DNA of 64,000 nucleotides from an uncultured Candidatus Berkelbacteria bacterium (GCA_963698075.1 OY969116.1:400097-464096), one strand, 5' to 3'; shown: positions 37,439 to 48,483, counted from the stretch's first letter. Numbers and translations are program-made. The notes: generated by a model from the letters alone, not told the origin.

Positions 37439-39474
37439 TCCAAATGTCTTTCTATTTCAAATTCTTTTAACTTTGCTAAAAGTTCTGGATATTTTCCAAT
37501 CCCTTCATTAATAATTTTTTCTGCCGAACTTCGGGCTTTCTTTACCATTATTATATCTGAAAGTGAGGCCATTTTCAAATCGGGCAAACCCGATTGGCGA
37601 ATCCCAATAAGTTCGCCTGGACCGCGAATTTGTAAATCTTTTTCGGCGAGTTCGAAACCATTTTGACAATTAATCATAGCTTCTAATCGTTTTTGGGTAT
37701 TTTCCGACCAACTTTCCGAAAATAAAAAACAGTATGATTGATGTTGGCCTCGCCCGACCCGTCCTCGGAATTGATGAAGTTGAGCCAAGCCAAAACGTTC
37801 AGCCCCTTCAATCATCATGATTGTGGCGTTGGAAACATCAATGCCAACTTCGACGACGGCCGTTGAGACTAAAATATCCAACTTGCCCCCGTGAAATTTT
37901 TTCATTGTTGCATCTTTTTCTTTCGATTTCTGTCGACCGTGCAAAAGACCAATTTTCAAATCAGGAAAAATTTGTTTTGATAGTTTTTCATATTCTTGGA
38001 CCGCTGACTTTCGATCAACTTCAAAGAGATTTATCAGTTTGGAATCTTTGGGTTCTATGAGCGGACAAATGACAAAAACTTGACGGCCATTTTGAATTTC
38101 TTGACGAATAAAATCATAGGCTTTTTGACGATTTTCGGGCGAAATAACGCGGGTAATCACTTTCTGACGTCCCGGCGGCATTTCGTCAATGATTGAAATA
38201 TCAAGATCACCATACAAAGCCAGGGCTAAAGTTCTGGGGATCGGTGTCGCGGTCATTGATAATAAATGCGGGATCAAATCACCCTGCTTTCTTAAGTAAG
38301 CTCTTTGTTTGACACCAAATCGATGCTGTTCGTCAATAATAATTAAGCCGAGATTTTCAAATGTTACATTTTTTTGAAGTAATGCATGGGTGCCGATAAT
38401 CAAATCATCTTCTGAAAGATCGGCTTTTTTGTTAGCCGAAGTCAAAAGGCCGATGCTGATATTAAATGGTTTTAATAATTCCCGAACATTTTTAAAATGT
38501 TGATTGGCTAAAATTTCGGTTGGCGCCAGCCAGACGCTTTGAGCCTTATACGCATTATTTTTTGCCGCAACTAAAACCGCCATTGCGGCGACTACTGTTT
38601 TTCCCGACCCGACATCGCCTTCTAAAAGTCGATTCATGGGAACGCGGCGCTCCAAATCCTTAATAATTTCCCAAGCGGCTTTCCTTTGAGCATTTGTTAA
38701 TTTAAAGGGCAAATTTTCAACAAACTTTTTTAAAATTGACGGATCAAATTTGAGCGCGACGGAACGATTTTCCGAAAGTTCTTTTTTAATTTTTAACATT
38801 TTTAGAGCAATTAAAAACAGCTCATCAAAAGCTAATCTTTTTTTGGCGATTTCAACGTCTGGCGTCTTGGAAGGAAAATGGATATTTTTTAAAGCATTAT
38901 TCAGGTCAATTAAATCTTCTTCCAACAATATATTTTCTGGCAGAAAATCACCAGACAACTGATCAACTTGGACAATTAGTGGCTTTAGTAATTTGCGTAA
39001 ATATTTACTCGTCAACCCCTCGGTTTCTGGATAAACTGGAAGAATCATTGGTCCGTCAGCTGATGGATTCTCGTACTGAAAGACATTTAATATTTTAACT
39101 TTTAAATTTCGATCATAGCCCACTTTACCGGCAAACAACCATTCGTCTCCGGGTTTTAAAATCTTCATCAAAAATGGCTGATTAAACCAAATGGCTTTGA
39201 TTTGAGCCGAATCGTCAACTAATAATGCTTCGACGATACTCATCCATTTTCGTCGAGTCCGAGATTGTTTAATTTGAGCGATAGTGGCTTTGATAATTGC
39301 GTCTTGACCAATCTGAAGGTTTCGAATTGGTTGTGGTTTGGAAAAATCATCCCACGCCCTTGGAAAATAAAAAAGAAGGTCGCGGACAGTCTCGATCCCC
39401 AACCTTTTTAATTTTTTCGCCATCACCGGCCCAACGCCGGTTAAATATTGAACTGGAGTTTCAATTTTCAGCAT
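37435..39474 (-). CDS. recG: ATP-dependent DNA helicase RecG
   Basis: Wedge domain plus SF2 helicase motifs (GDVGSGKT, DEQHRFG, TATPIPRTL); 679 aa. Confidence 0.9.
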   Translation of the reverse strand: MLKIETPVQYLTGVGPVMAKKLKRLGIETVRDLLFYFPRAWDDFSKPQPIRNLQIGQDAIIKATIAQIKQSRTRRKWMSIVEALLVDDSAQIKAIWFNQPFLMKILKPGDEWLFAGKVGYDRNLKVKILNVFQYENPSADGPMILPVYPETEGLTSKYLRKLLKPLIVQVDQLSGDFLPENILLEEDLIDLNNALKNIHFPSKTPDVEIAKKRLAFDELFLIALKMLKIKKELSENRSVALKFDPSILKKFVENLPFKLTNAQRKAAWEIIKDLERRVPMNRLLEGDVGSGKTVVAAMAVLVAAKNNAYKAQSVWLAPTEILANQHFKNVRELLKPFNISIGLLTSANKKADLSEDDLIIGTHALLQKNVTFENLGLIIIDEQHRFGVKQRAYLRKQGDLIPHLLSMTATPIPRTLALALYGDLDISIIDEMPPGRQKVITRVISPENRQKAYDFIRQEIQNGRQVFVICPLIEPKDSKLINLFEVDRKSAVQEYEKLSKQIFPDLKIGLLHGRQKSKEKDATMKKFHGGKLDILVSTAVVEVGIDVSNATIMMIEGAERFGLAQLHQFRGRVGRGQHQSYCFLFSESWSENTQKRLEAMINCQNGFELAEKDLQIRGPGELIGIRQSGLPDLKMASLSDIIMVKKARSSAEKIINEGIGKYPELLAKLKEFEIERHLE

Positions 39475-40951
39475 TTTCCTTTTCTTTTTTTTGTTCTTCT
39501 AAATATTTTTTGTGGTTGGCAATCGCTTTTTTATACAGCCAGAGGTATTTCTTGGCTGATGCCTTCCACGAAAAATCTTTTTTCATCGCGTTTATCTGCA
39601 TCCAGCGCCAATGCTCCTTTTGATTATAATAAACATCAACGGCGCGACGGAGAACCCATAAAAAGGCATTTTTGTCGTAGTGGTTGAAAACAAATCCTGT
39701 ATAACCATCACGCACAGTATCGGCTAAACCACCAGTTTTTCGAACAATGGGAATTGTCCCAAATCTCATCGCAATAATTTGTGAAAGACCGCAGGGCTCA
39801 AAACGAGAGGGCATCAATAGCATATCCGAGCCCGCATAGATAGCTTGAGCAAAGTTGGCATCAAACTTCATCTCTGCCTCGATAGATTTTGGATACTGCT
39901 TTTCAGCTTTAACAAATATCTTTTCAATTTTTTCTGAGCCAGAGCCCAAAATTATAAATTGTGCTCCCATATCGACTAAATCTTTGAGTACATCTTCTAT
40001 TAGATCAAGACCTTTTTGTCTAACCAAACGAGAAACCACGCAAATTAATGGTAAATCAGGAGATTGAGTAAGACCAAATTTCTTTTGCAAAATAAGTTTG
40101 TTCTCAACTTTTTTATCTAACGAATCTATCCAATATTTAACCGGCGTGTCTGGGTTAGTCCTTGGGTCAAAATTGGAATAATCAACACCGTTTAAAATAC
40201 CTGTAAATTTTTTCTTGTTGAGCTTCAGTAATCGATGCAAGCCAGCGCCGTATTTTTTTGTTAAAACTTCCTGCGCATAGGTAGGGGAAACTGTATTAAT
40301 CATATCAGTGCTATCAATCGCCTCGGCCATAATATTAATTTCATCTTTCCTTAGAAATTTCCGAAGTTTGGCAAAATTTTTTCTTTTAAGGCCTAAAAAT
40401 TTTGGTTCTGATAATTCGATTTTGGGTATATGATTAAGATTATGGATCGTCAATAAAGAAGCTATAGGTCGATAAAAATCATTATTTTGAAAAATCGTTC
40501 TTAACCATTTGGGAGTCATGCCCATCATGCCATCATGACAATGAACAATATCCGGTTGCCAATCCCATGCTTTCATTAATTTTAGAGCAACCCAAGATAA
40601 ATAAAAATAGGGAAATGTTCTGCTTAAACCCTCGATTCGATGACGATAAACTGACATCTCTGGAAAAAATTTCTGGTTATCAATTAAATAAATTGGAACG
40701 ATGGTTTCTGGAATTAAAGTTTTCCAAACCGAAATTTTTTGCCAGTGTTTATTGGGCATTTGAATTTTTAAATCCCTCATAATTTCTTCAGCCGGAAATT
40801 GGTCCAGATCAATGATTTTATATTTAGGTATTATGATTCTAGTTTCGATGTGAAATTCCCTAGCTAGTTCTTTAGGTAGAAATCCAACGACATCACCTAA
40901 CCCGCCAGCTTTAGCAATAGGCGTTAATTCGGATGCCACATGCAAAACTTT
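39461..40951 (-). CDS. glgA: glycogen/starch synthase (GT5), GlgA
   Basis: MKVLHVASELTPIAKAGGLGDVVGFLPKELA... (KxGGL motif); about 495 aa. Confidence 0.85.
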   Translation of the reverse strand, partial: KVLHVASELTPIAKAGGLGDVVGFLPKELAREFHIETRIIIPKYKIIDLDQFPAEEIMRDLKIQMPNKHWQKISVWKTLIPETIVPIYLIDNQKFFPEMSVYRHRIEGLSRTFPYFYLSWVALKLMKAWDWQPDIVHCHDGMMGMTPKWLRTIFQNNDFYRPIASLLTIHNLNHIPKIELSEPKFLGLKRKNFAKLRKFLRKDEINIMAEAIDSTDMINTVSPTYAQEVLTKKYGAGLHRLLKLNKKKFTGILNGVDYSNFDPRTNPDTPVKYWIDSLDKKVENKLILQKKFGLTQSPDLPLICVVSRLVRQKGLDLIEDVLKDLVDMGAQFIILGSGSEKIEKIFVKAEKQYPKSIEAEMKFDANFAQAIYAGSDMLLMPSRFEPCGLSQIIAMRFGTIPIVRKTGGLADTVRDGYTGFVFNHYDKNAFLWVLRRAVDVYYNQKEHWRWMQINAMKKDFSWKASAKKYLWLYKKAIANHKKYLEEQKKEKENAEN

Positions 40952-40977
40952 CATTGGATTTTTGTATTTTATTTCAT

Positions 40978-41988
40978 TCAATTTGGCTCCTCATATCCAA
41001 AAGGATGCTTTTTTCGCCAATTCCAATCAGTTCGAATAATCGAATCTAAATCAGAATATTGCGGATTCCAACCCAAAATTTCTTTGGCTTTCTTGGCGCT
41101 GGCTATGGAAACTGCAATATCGCCTGGCCGACGCTCAACTGTTTCTGTCGGAATCTTTTTATCAATAATAATGCTGGCCTTATCAATAATTTCTTTGACC
41201 GAAAAACCATGCTCTGAACCAAGATTAAAGACCTCTCCAGAACATTTACCAATATTTTCTAATGCCAAAATGTGACCGGAAGCAACATCTTCAACATGTA
41301 AAAAATCGCGAATGGCTGTCCCATCTGGAGTCTGGTAATCATTACCATAAATTGATAAAATTTGTTTTTGACCTAAAGCAACTTTTATAATATTGGCAAT
41401 GAGATCTTCTCTTTCAATATTCGACTTGCCCAGAAGACCATCAAGGTCAGAGCCGCCAACGTTAAAATAGCGAAAAATTATATATTTTAAATTAGAAACT
41501 TTTCTCAGATATTTTTCAAAATCTAATTTTGTCTGACCATAAGGACTTTCCGGCTTAGTCGGATGGACTTCATCGACGGGAATGTATTGGGGAGTTCCAT
41601 AAACAACACAGCTTGAGGAAAAAATAAAATTTTCTATTCCCGCTTTGGACATCGACTCAATTAAATTAACACTATTTAAAAAATTTTCTTGATGATAAAG
41701 AGACGGATTTTTTATTGATTCTTCAACACTGACTCTGGCGGCGAAATGCATGACCGCATCGATTTCCTGCTTGGCAAATATCTCTTCAAGCCGCTCTTTG
41801 TTGGCCAAATCTATTTTAATAAATTCTAAATTTTTAAATTTCTTTTTCAAAATTTCGATTGGTTCGATGAAACCATTCGAAAGATTATCAACCACTAAAA
41901 CAGAAAAACCCTCCTTTAGAAGATTTTTGGCCACATGAGAACCAATGAAGCCGGCACCTCCAGTGACTAAAATTTTTTTATCTTGCAT
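40978..41988 (-). CDS. galE: UDP-glucose 4-epimerase / NAD-dependent epimerase
   Basis: Rossmann GGAGFIGSHV, YxxxK region; start taken at MQDKKILVTGG. Confidence 0.8.
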   Translation of the reverse strand: MQDKKILVTGGAGFIGSHVAKNLLKEGFSVLVVDNLSNGFIEPIEILKKKFKNLEFIKIDLANKERLEEIFAKQEIDAVMHFAARVSVEESIKNPSLYHQENFLNSVNLIESMSKAGIENFIFSSSCVVYGTPQYIPVDEVHPTKPESPYGQTKLDFEKYLRKVSNLKYIIFRYFNVGGSDLDGLLGKSNIEREDLIANIIKVALGQKQILSIYGNDYQTPDGTAIRDFLHVEDVASGHILALENIGKCSGEVFNLGSEHGFSVKEIIDKASIIIDKKIPTETVERRPGDIAVSIASAKKAKEILGWNPQYSDLDSIIRTDWNWRKKHPFGYEEPN

Positions 41989-43123
41989 GTTTTTTCTTCC
42001 AATCCTCAATGACTTTTTGATAGACTTTTTCGTAACCATCTACCATTTTTTCAACGGTAAAATTTTCTTCAACGTGCTTTCGACAAGCGCGTCGCATCGT
42101 CCGATATTTTTCTTCTGGCATTTCATAAATTTCTTTAATTTTTTTAACCATACAGTCAATGTCGTCTGGTGGACAAATAAAACCCGTTTTGCCATCTTTA
42201 ACAATCTCTGGCACTGAACCTCGTCGAAAAGCAACGACAGGTGTCCCACAAGCCATGGCCTCAATCATGACTAAACCGAAGGGTTCATCCCATTGGACAG
42301 GAAAAATCAAGGCCCTGGCTCGACGATATTGCTCTCCAACTTTCTGGTAAGCAACATGGCCTAAATATTTCACATGTTTTTGTTCAATACTTGGCGCCAT
42401 ATATTTTTCCCAATATATTTTATCTTTGAACCCTGGACCTTTATCTCCGGCAACAAATATTTTGACGCCAGTTTTTTTAGCAATCTCTATTGCTAAGTGA
42501 GGAGCTTTGTGCTCGACTAAACGGCCTAAGTAAAGAACGTGATTTAACGGCTTTTGAGAAAATATAAATTTTTGTATATTAATGCTATTGTGTACCATAG
42601 AAACGATATTAAAATATTTTACAGCTTGCTTCTTCTGAAAATCCGTAATGGCCACAAAATGACAAAAATTGTGGTAGTAATCTGCTCGAGTTACCGTGAA
42701 ACGGTTAGACATATCGTCTTGAATGCTGCCATGGTAAGTAAATATTATTGGGACATTACAAAATTTTGAAAAATAGGGTAGGATTCTGAAATCATGAGCA
42801 TGGATCAGATCGAATTTGCCTTTATTAGCTCCTTCGATTGCTCTTGAAATTAACATAAGTTCATATTGCGTTTCATAAAAAAAATATTTTCGAGGGTTTT
42901 CAATATAAATACTTGAATAATCATAACCAATGGAATTAAAGTTCAAATGTTCCAGATGCGCTGAAGTCTTCGATTCTTTGCCGGCAAAAAGGGTTACTTC
43001 ATAATTTCGGCGGACTAATTCTTCAGTAAGGTTAAAAATTATTGTTCCGGGAGCGAAAATACTGTCCTTTGGAGAAGGAATAGTCATTTTTCCGGGAGAT
43101 AACATCGCTATTTTAAATTTCAT
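41978..43123 (-). CDS. glycosyltransferase family 4 (GT-B, GT1-type)
   Basis: C-terminal GT1 signature (EPFGLVMIEAMACGTPVVA...). Confidence 0.8.
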   Translation of the reverse strand: MKFKIAMLSPGKMTIPSPKDSIFAPGTIIFNLTEELVRRNYEVTLFAGKESKTSAHLEHLNFNSIGYDYSSIYIENPRKYFFYETQYELMLISRAIEGANKGKFDLIHAHDFRILPYFSKFCNVPIIFTYHGSIQDDMSNRFTVTRADYYHNFCHFVAITDFQKKQAVKYFNIVSMVHNSINIQKFIFSQKPLNHVLYLGRLVEHKAPHLAIEIAKKTGVKIFVAGDKGPGFKDKIYWEKYMAPSIEQKHVKYLGHVAYQKVGEQYRRARALIFPVQWDEPFGLVMIEAMACGTPVVAFRRGSVPEIVKDGKTGFICPPDDIDCMVKKIKEIYEMPEEKYRTMRRACRKHVEENFTVEKMVDGYEKVYQKVIEDWKKKHAR

Positions 43124-43863
43124 TTGTCCTCCAAAAAATCTAAGTTTATCTCAAAAGAATTTGAACTTCTTGGGAAATGAATTTGACGGGCAATTTCGGC
43201 AAAGAAATCTTGCCCTTCTCTCGCTTGGCTTTCTCTGCCTTCGTGAACTCTTTGAATAAAAAGCTTTTCTGGCACACTCACGAATTTTATTTTATTTTTA
43301 GCTAATCTCAATAAAAGTTCATAGTCCTCCGATTGTACAAAAAATGAATTATAGGGAAAAGACATCGCAATATTTTTTCTATAAGCGAGCGATGAATGGG
43401 CGATATAATTCTCTTCTAATAATCGATCGACATCAAACTCCGACCAAACTAACCTTCGATCCCTTGTAACACCCATTATTTCATCCAAAACCTCGCCGTC
43501 AGAATAAAAAACACCTGCGTCTGAATTTTGAGTAAAAGTTTCATAGATTGTCTTTAATCGGTTCTTTTTGGCCATATCATCCGAGTCACAAACGGCGATT
43601 ATTTCTCCCCGAGCAAGCATATTACCAAAGTTTCGGGCACATACCTTTCCTTGACCAAAATCATCTTTGAGGCGAAAAAATTTTATCCGTTCATTTTTGA
43701 AGATACGAATGACTTTGATAATGTTATCGGTACTGTGATCGTCAATTACTATAATTTCAAAATCATTAAAATCTTCCTGTGCAATAAAAGATCTGATGGT
43801 TTCAGCGATTAAATCCGTTCGATTTCTAACTGGGATAACAACACTAATTTTAGGTTTGTTCAT
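43120..43863 (-). CDS. glycosyltransferase family 2
   Basis: ISVVIPVRNR...DDHSTD...; DxD (CDSDD). Confidence 0.8.
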   Translation of the reverse strand: MNKPKISVVIPVRNRTDLIAETIRSFIAQEDFNDFEIIVIDDHSTDNIIKVIRIFKNERIKFFRLKDDFGQGKVCARNFGNMLARGEIIAVCDSDDMAKKNRLKTIYETFTQNSDAGVFYSDGEVLDEIMGVTRDRRLVWSEFDVDRLLEENYIAHSSLAYRKNIAMSFPYNSFFVQSEDYELLLRLAKNKIKFVSVPEKLFIQRVHEGRESQAREGQDFFAEIARQIHFPRSSNSFEINLDFLEDK

Positions 43864-44926
43864 TTTTAACTTTCCTATAAATATCTAAATATTTTTGCGC
43901 CATAACTTCAGAGGAAAAATTTTCCTTAGCAAATAAATGACATCGTTTCCTGTTAATATTGATAGCTTCTTTAGTCTTTTCGATCATTTCCTCAAGATTT
44001 CCGACAAGAAAACCATTAATGCCGTCTTTGATTAACTCTTTCGTGCCCCCTTGGGAATAAGCAACGACTGGCGTGCCACACATTGCTAATTCAATTGGCG
44101 TGACTGGGCATGCTTCGCGAATTTTGGTTGGAAAAAGAGCAACCTTAGCTTTTTGGAAATATGGTAATTTCTGACTGTAATTTAATTCACCGACATAAGT
44201 AACATTATCATTAATTTCTGGTTTAATTTCTCTCTCAAAATAATCTTGATCTCTAACTTTTCCCATTAAAACAATTTTTTTATTAAGCTCTTTTGCGACT
44301 TTAATTGCATCAGATGGATTTTTATGAGGGCCGATTGTTCCAACCCATAAAATAAAGTCTTCTGGTTCAAAATTAGGAGGACAGCTTTCCGGATCTATAC
44401 CATTATGGGCGGTGCCGACAAAATTAGACAAATCCGAACAGTCAGCTATTTGATCTTTTGAAATAGAAATAGCTAGGCATTTAGGGTTATTTTTTAAAAC
44501 TTCGACATGCTCGGGTAAAATCGGTAAATGAAAAACATTCAATATGGGGATGTCTAACTTTTCAACCACCAATGATGTAACAAGTTCTGTTGCTCGTGTG
44601 TGATTAAAAATCACATCATACTCTTTTTGATTTTTAATAAGATGTTGGATAACACTGACAACAAAAGTTGTCTCTAATCTCATTTTTCTTGAAGCTTCTG
44701 TAATCTCTGGATTTAAAGTCATTTCATTAATCGATTTTTCATAAACTCTAATATAATGAATATTTTTCAAATCGGTATTACCGGCAGCATAAAGAAAAAC
44801 ATGATGACCCATCTTAACCAGAGCGTCAATTTTATATTTTAAAATTATTTCGATCCCTCCTTGGCCTGCAGGAGGGATTGTAGTTACCGGTGGAGCGATA
44901 ATGACAATTTTTTTTATTTTAGCCAA
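43850..44926 (-). CDS. glycosyltransferase family 4
   Basis: GT1 C-terminal domain (PIELAMCGTPVVAYSQGG). Confidence 0.75.
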   Translation of the reverse strand: MAKIKKIVIIAPPVTTIPPAGQGGIEIILKYKIDALVKMGHHVFLYAAGNTDLKNIHYIRVYEKSINEMTLNPEITEASRKMRLETTFVVSVIQHLIKNQKEYDVIFNHTRATELVTSLVVEKLDIPILNVFHLPILPEHVEVLKNNPKCLAISISKDQIADCSDLSNFVGTAHNGIDPESCPPNFEPEDFILWVGTIGPHKNPSDAIKVAKELNKKIVLMGKVRDQDYFEREIKPEINDNVTYVGELNYSQKLPYFQKAKVALFPTKIREACPVTPIELAMCGTPVVAYSQGGTKELIKDGINGFLVGNLEEMIEKTKEAININRKRCHLFAKENFSSEVMAQKYLDIYRKVKNEQT

Positions 44927-46133
44927 TTTTTACTCCTCGACAATTAGCCTCCAACCAGGTAGTTAATTTCGCTTGAATTAATTGGTAAATTTTATCTTCC
45001 TCATCAGGACTCAACGGTTTAGTCCCCTCCCATTCCTTAGGCACCTCTCTCATTGGCCGCGAAGGTAACGAAACATATTTATCAGGACTTCTGGTCGCAT
45101 ATAAATGTCCGTGGGAATGCCAATCTGGATCGCCACCTGCCCAGCGTTGTTGGGCGCTAAATTTTTCCATTTTCCGAGCTCTTTCAAGATTTTCCTGCTC
45201 AAGATATGAACTATCAACTTCCCGGCCGCTAAATTCTATCTTCGCTAGATCTAAAGGCTTAAATCCCCAATTGCCACTACAATGAATTTCGGCATTGTGA
45301 AAATCGCCCGCTTCTTGGACTATTTGCTCAACACCAAGCAAAATGGCATTAGATTCAACAAAACCCTTAAGATATTCGGGGTCCTCCTCACCTTTTGGCG
45401 TCTGCCAGGCTTTTACGACTCCCTTTTGGCCAACTCGTGACCAATAATCTTTTCGACCATGACAGACTAAATGTAGACCATCGAGATGTGGATTTTTGAC
45501 AACTACTAAGACAAATTTATCATTCATCCAAACTGCTCTCTCTTGCCAGGGATCCGGACGATTAAGCCAAATTTCCGACTCTTTTTGAAATACCTCATTG
45601 TCAGGTCTAATTTTATTGATGCCGTGATCAAAAACAGTGATTTCTTGTGCTTTCCTCTCCCAACGGGGAAGATATAGCTCCATGGCTCTTTGTAGTTTAG
45701 CTTTCTGATTTTGATCCAATGATTCTAGCCTTCGTTCTTTAATCGGCCTCAAGTTAACAGGTTTCGCCCATCCTTCTTGGGACTGGGGATTTTTTCCAAA
45801 AACATTTATTCCTTTCTCCGCGCCTGGCCAGCTATTCATCTGAATATTAGCCCAAAATTCTTTAGTAAATCTCCCTTCCGCTTCGATTTTAGCCACCGCT
45901 AAAGCATAATAGGCCGAACGCAATAGAGCTGGCACATCTTGCTGATTTTGATGGCTAATTTCTTGTCCATTATCAACCACTAATTGAATTCCTTCCTCAA
46001 GAGGTATCGCTTGTTCTGCAGGATGATAAACTCGAAGTTTCCCATCTTGAAAAATTGTTTCAGTGTTTTGTTCAATTTCTTGACTGGGGATTTGTTCTTT
46101 TAAATCACCCGAATAAGATTCAGGCGAAGGCAC
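44919..46133 (-). CDS. hypothetical protein with a C-terminal HxHxH (HIT-like) motif, embedded in the glycosyltransferase cluster
   Basis: HSHGHLY near the C-terminus; no other recognised domain; 404 aa. Confidence 0.35.
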   Translation of the reverse strand: MPSPESYSGDLKEQIPSQEIEQNTETIFQDGKLRVYHPAEQAIPLEEGIQLVVDNGQEISHQNQQDVPALLRSAYYALAVAKIEAEGRFTKEFWANIQMNSWPGAEKGINVFGKNPQSQEGWAKPVNLRPIKERRLESLDQNQKAKLQRAMELYLPRWERKAQEITVFDHGINKIRPDNEVFQKESEIWLNRPDPWQERAVWMNDKFVLVVVKNPHLDGLHLVCHGRKDYWSRVGQKGVVKAWQTPKGEEDPEYLKGFVESNAILLGVEQIVQEAGDFHNAEIHCSGNWGFKPLDLAKIEFSGREVDSSYLEQENLERARKMEKFSAQQRWAGGDPDWHSHGHLYATRSPDKYVSLPSRPMREVPKEWEGTKPLSPDEEDKIYQLIQAKLTTWLEANCRGVKIG

Positions 46134-46149
46134 AAGGCCTCCTTTTAAA

Positions 46150-47451
46150 TTAATAAGGTAGATATTGATTGATATTGATTAAATCTTTCAAATCGATTCT
46201 TCCTGTTTTTATTTCCTTCTTTTCAAGTTCAATATCAACCGGTAATTTCATTTTCTTTAATCTTTCTTGGCTATTCCTATAAGCATTTTCGTAGTTTTCA
46301 TGAAAACGTTGTGCAATTTTATTCCAATTAAATTTCTCTTCAACGATCTTTCTTGCTTCCTCACCCATTTTTTGTCTGAGCTCTTCATTCTTGAGCAATA
46401 AATTGACTTTTTCAGCAATGGCTTTCGCACTCCGGGCTCGCACCAAAAAACCGTTGACATTATTCTTAACAGCCAGGGGGATCCCGCCCTTTTTTGAAGC
46501 CACCACTGGTGTTGAGGAAGCCATTGCTTCTAAGGCCACTAGACCTAAAGGTTCGTCCCAAATTGAAGGGAAAACAAAAACATCGGCCCGCCGATAAAAT
46601 TCTTGAAACTCCTTTTTAGATTCGGGACCAAAATAACCTAAGAAATTAACATTCTTCGTCTTAATTTCCTTAGCTAAATTTTCTAAATTTTTTCTTTCCT
46701 CACCATCACCAATAATAAATATTTCTCCTTTTATTTTTGGTGCGGCTTTGATTAAATATTGGACACCTTTTTTAGCCGTCAATTTCCCGGAAAAAATTAC
46801 AACTTTTTTACCTTCAATGTGATATTTTTTTTCAATGATTTTGATTGGCGAATTGCGATTAAAGGTGTCCAAATCAACGCCGCCAGGAATAATCCGTATC
46901 TTATTGGCAATACCCTTGCGGCCATAAACTTTTAAAAGCCACTTTTTAGTGTCTCCAGAAACCGCGTTAATCATCCAGGAGCGATGTAAGGCATCTCGCG
47001 TTAAAGGAACCCAACGTTTATTTTCTGAAGCACTTAAAAGTTCGGTGCCGTGAGTCGTGACAACATAGTAAATTCCATAAATTGCTCTTAGATAATTGGC
47101 AATCCAAGTAAAATAAAAAGCATGGTGAACGTGAATGACATCAGGTCTGAATTCATTGATCACCTTAATTATCTGATCGAAAGCACTTTTATAAATCTGA
47201 TCTATTTCTTGATTATTAAGATTAGAATAGAGTTTAGCATCAGACCAATCTGGATGACCAGTAGCGGCCGCATGAAAAGGCAAATCATAATAATATTTTT
47301 TTACACCTGGTATTTTATTTTTTAAATCTGGACAAAAAACAGCCACTTTATCCTCGGAATAGAGCTTGGCTAATTTCTCGGCTAATTTAAAGGTGTAGGT
47401 TCCACTCCCACTGCCAAAGAGAGGATATTTTAAAAGCATTAGAATTCTCAT
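46150..47451 (-). CDS. glycosyltransferase family 4
   Basis: GT1 signature (EPLGLVALEAMASSTPVVASKKGG). Confidence 0.8.
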   Translation of the reverse strand: MRILMLLKYPLFGSGSGTYTFKLAEKLAKLYSEDKVAVFCPDLKNKIPGVKKYYYDLPFHAAATGHPDWSDAKLYSNLNNQEIDQIYKSAFDQIIKVINEFRPDVIHVHHAFYFTWIANYLRAIYGIYYVVTTHGTELLSASENKRWVPLTRDALHRSWMINAVSGDTKKWLLKVYGRKGIANKIRIIPGGVDLDTFNRNSPIKIIEKKYHIEGKKVVIFSGKLTAKKGVQYLIKAAPKIKGEIFIIGDGEERKNLENLAKEIKTKNVNFLGYFGPESKKEFQEFYRRADVFVFPSIWDEPLGLVALEAMASSTPVVASKKGGIPLAVKNNVNGFLVRARSAKAIAEKVNLLLKNEELRQKMGEEARKIVEEKFNWNKIAQRFHENYENAYRNSQERLKKMKLPVDIELEKKEIKTGRIDLKDLININQYLPY

Positions 47452-47486
47452 GGCAACTTCCTTCTAGCCCTCACTTTGGATTTATT

Positions 47487-48461
47487 TTATTCTTTCTTCA
47501 AAAACTGCGCTGCCAGTTCCGGCGAGACGACGTCAATGACAATCCCTGAACCCATTTCATAGCCGCCGAATTTTGACACTCTTGGAGCTATTTCCATATG
47601 CCAGTGGAAATAATCTTTAACGTGGTCTTTCTTTGTCGGACCGGTATGAATCCACCAGTTAAAGGGAGGAAATCTTAATGTCCGATTCAAATCATTGATT
47701 AATTGATAAACAATTTTTGCCATGCTTTCTCTTTCGCTACCGGCAATTGTCTCAAAAAATGACTGATGTTTCTTGGGTAATATCCACATTTCGAAAGGAA
47801 AACGGGCGGCAAAAAAAGTAAAGCCGATAAAATCTTCATTTTCCGCCACCACCCGCACTTTTTGTTTTTGTTCTTCCTTGATCATGGCGCAAAAAACACA
47901 TTCTTTTTTATCGAGTAAGAAACTTTTAGAACCAACCATCTCATCTTCAACTTGATTGGGAATAATTGAAGAGGCGAAAAACTGTGAATGAGGATGTTCA
48001 ATTGAAGCCGCTGCCTCTGGACCTAAATTATGAATCGGCATGGCATATTCGATCGTTGGATCTTGTTGATAATATCGATATCGTCCTTGGTAGACTTTGA
48101 ACAACTCGTCTAAGAGTTGCCAACCACCCTCATAAATTTCTGTTTGGTGGTCTTTAATAACAATGACTTCATGGCCACCCACAGCTTTGGTAGAAAAATA
48201 CAGCTCGCTACTTTCGCTTATGATCTCTTCATCTTTCACAAAAGCCGGATATTTATTGGGAATAGTATAAATATGTTCGGTTTCCGCGGTCTTAATGGAA
48301 AACTTATAAGCACTCTCTGGATTTGTTAAACAAAAGGGACATTTTTCATCAATGTGTCTTTTGGGCGCCGCTGCCATCACAAAGTCTTCGGGACGCTTGG
48401 CCCGTTCAGGGGCAATGACGACCCATTTTCCGGTGACTATGTTTTGACGTAATTTCGGCAA
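47487..48461 (-). CDS. galT: galactose-1-phosphate uridylyltransferase (HIT family, GalT)
   Basis: CPFC zinc motif and the active-site HPHSQ. Confidence 0.85.
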   Translation of the reverse strand: MPKLRQNIVTGKWVVIAPERAKRPEDFVMAAAPKRHIDEKCPFCLTNPESAYKFSIKTAETEHIYTIPNKYPAFVKDEEIISESSELYFSTKAVGGHEVIVIKDHQTEIYEGGWQLLDELFKVYQGRYRYYQQDPTIEYAMPIHNLGPEAAASIEHPHSQFFASSIIPNQVEDEMVGSKSFLLDKKECVFCAMIKEEQKQKVRVVAENEDFIGFTFFAARFPFEMWILPKKHQSFFETIAGSERESMAKIVYQLINDLNRTLRFPPFNWWIHTGPTKKDHVKDYFHWHMEIAPRVSKFGGYEMGSGIVIDVVSPELAAQFLKKE

Positions 48462-48483
48462 AGTTCCTCCTCTTCAATTTATC

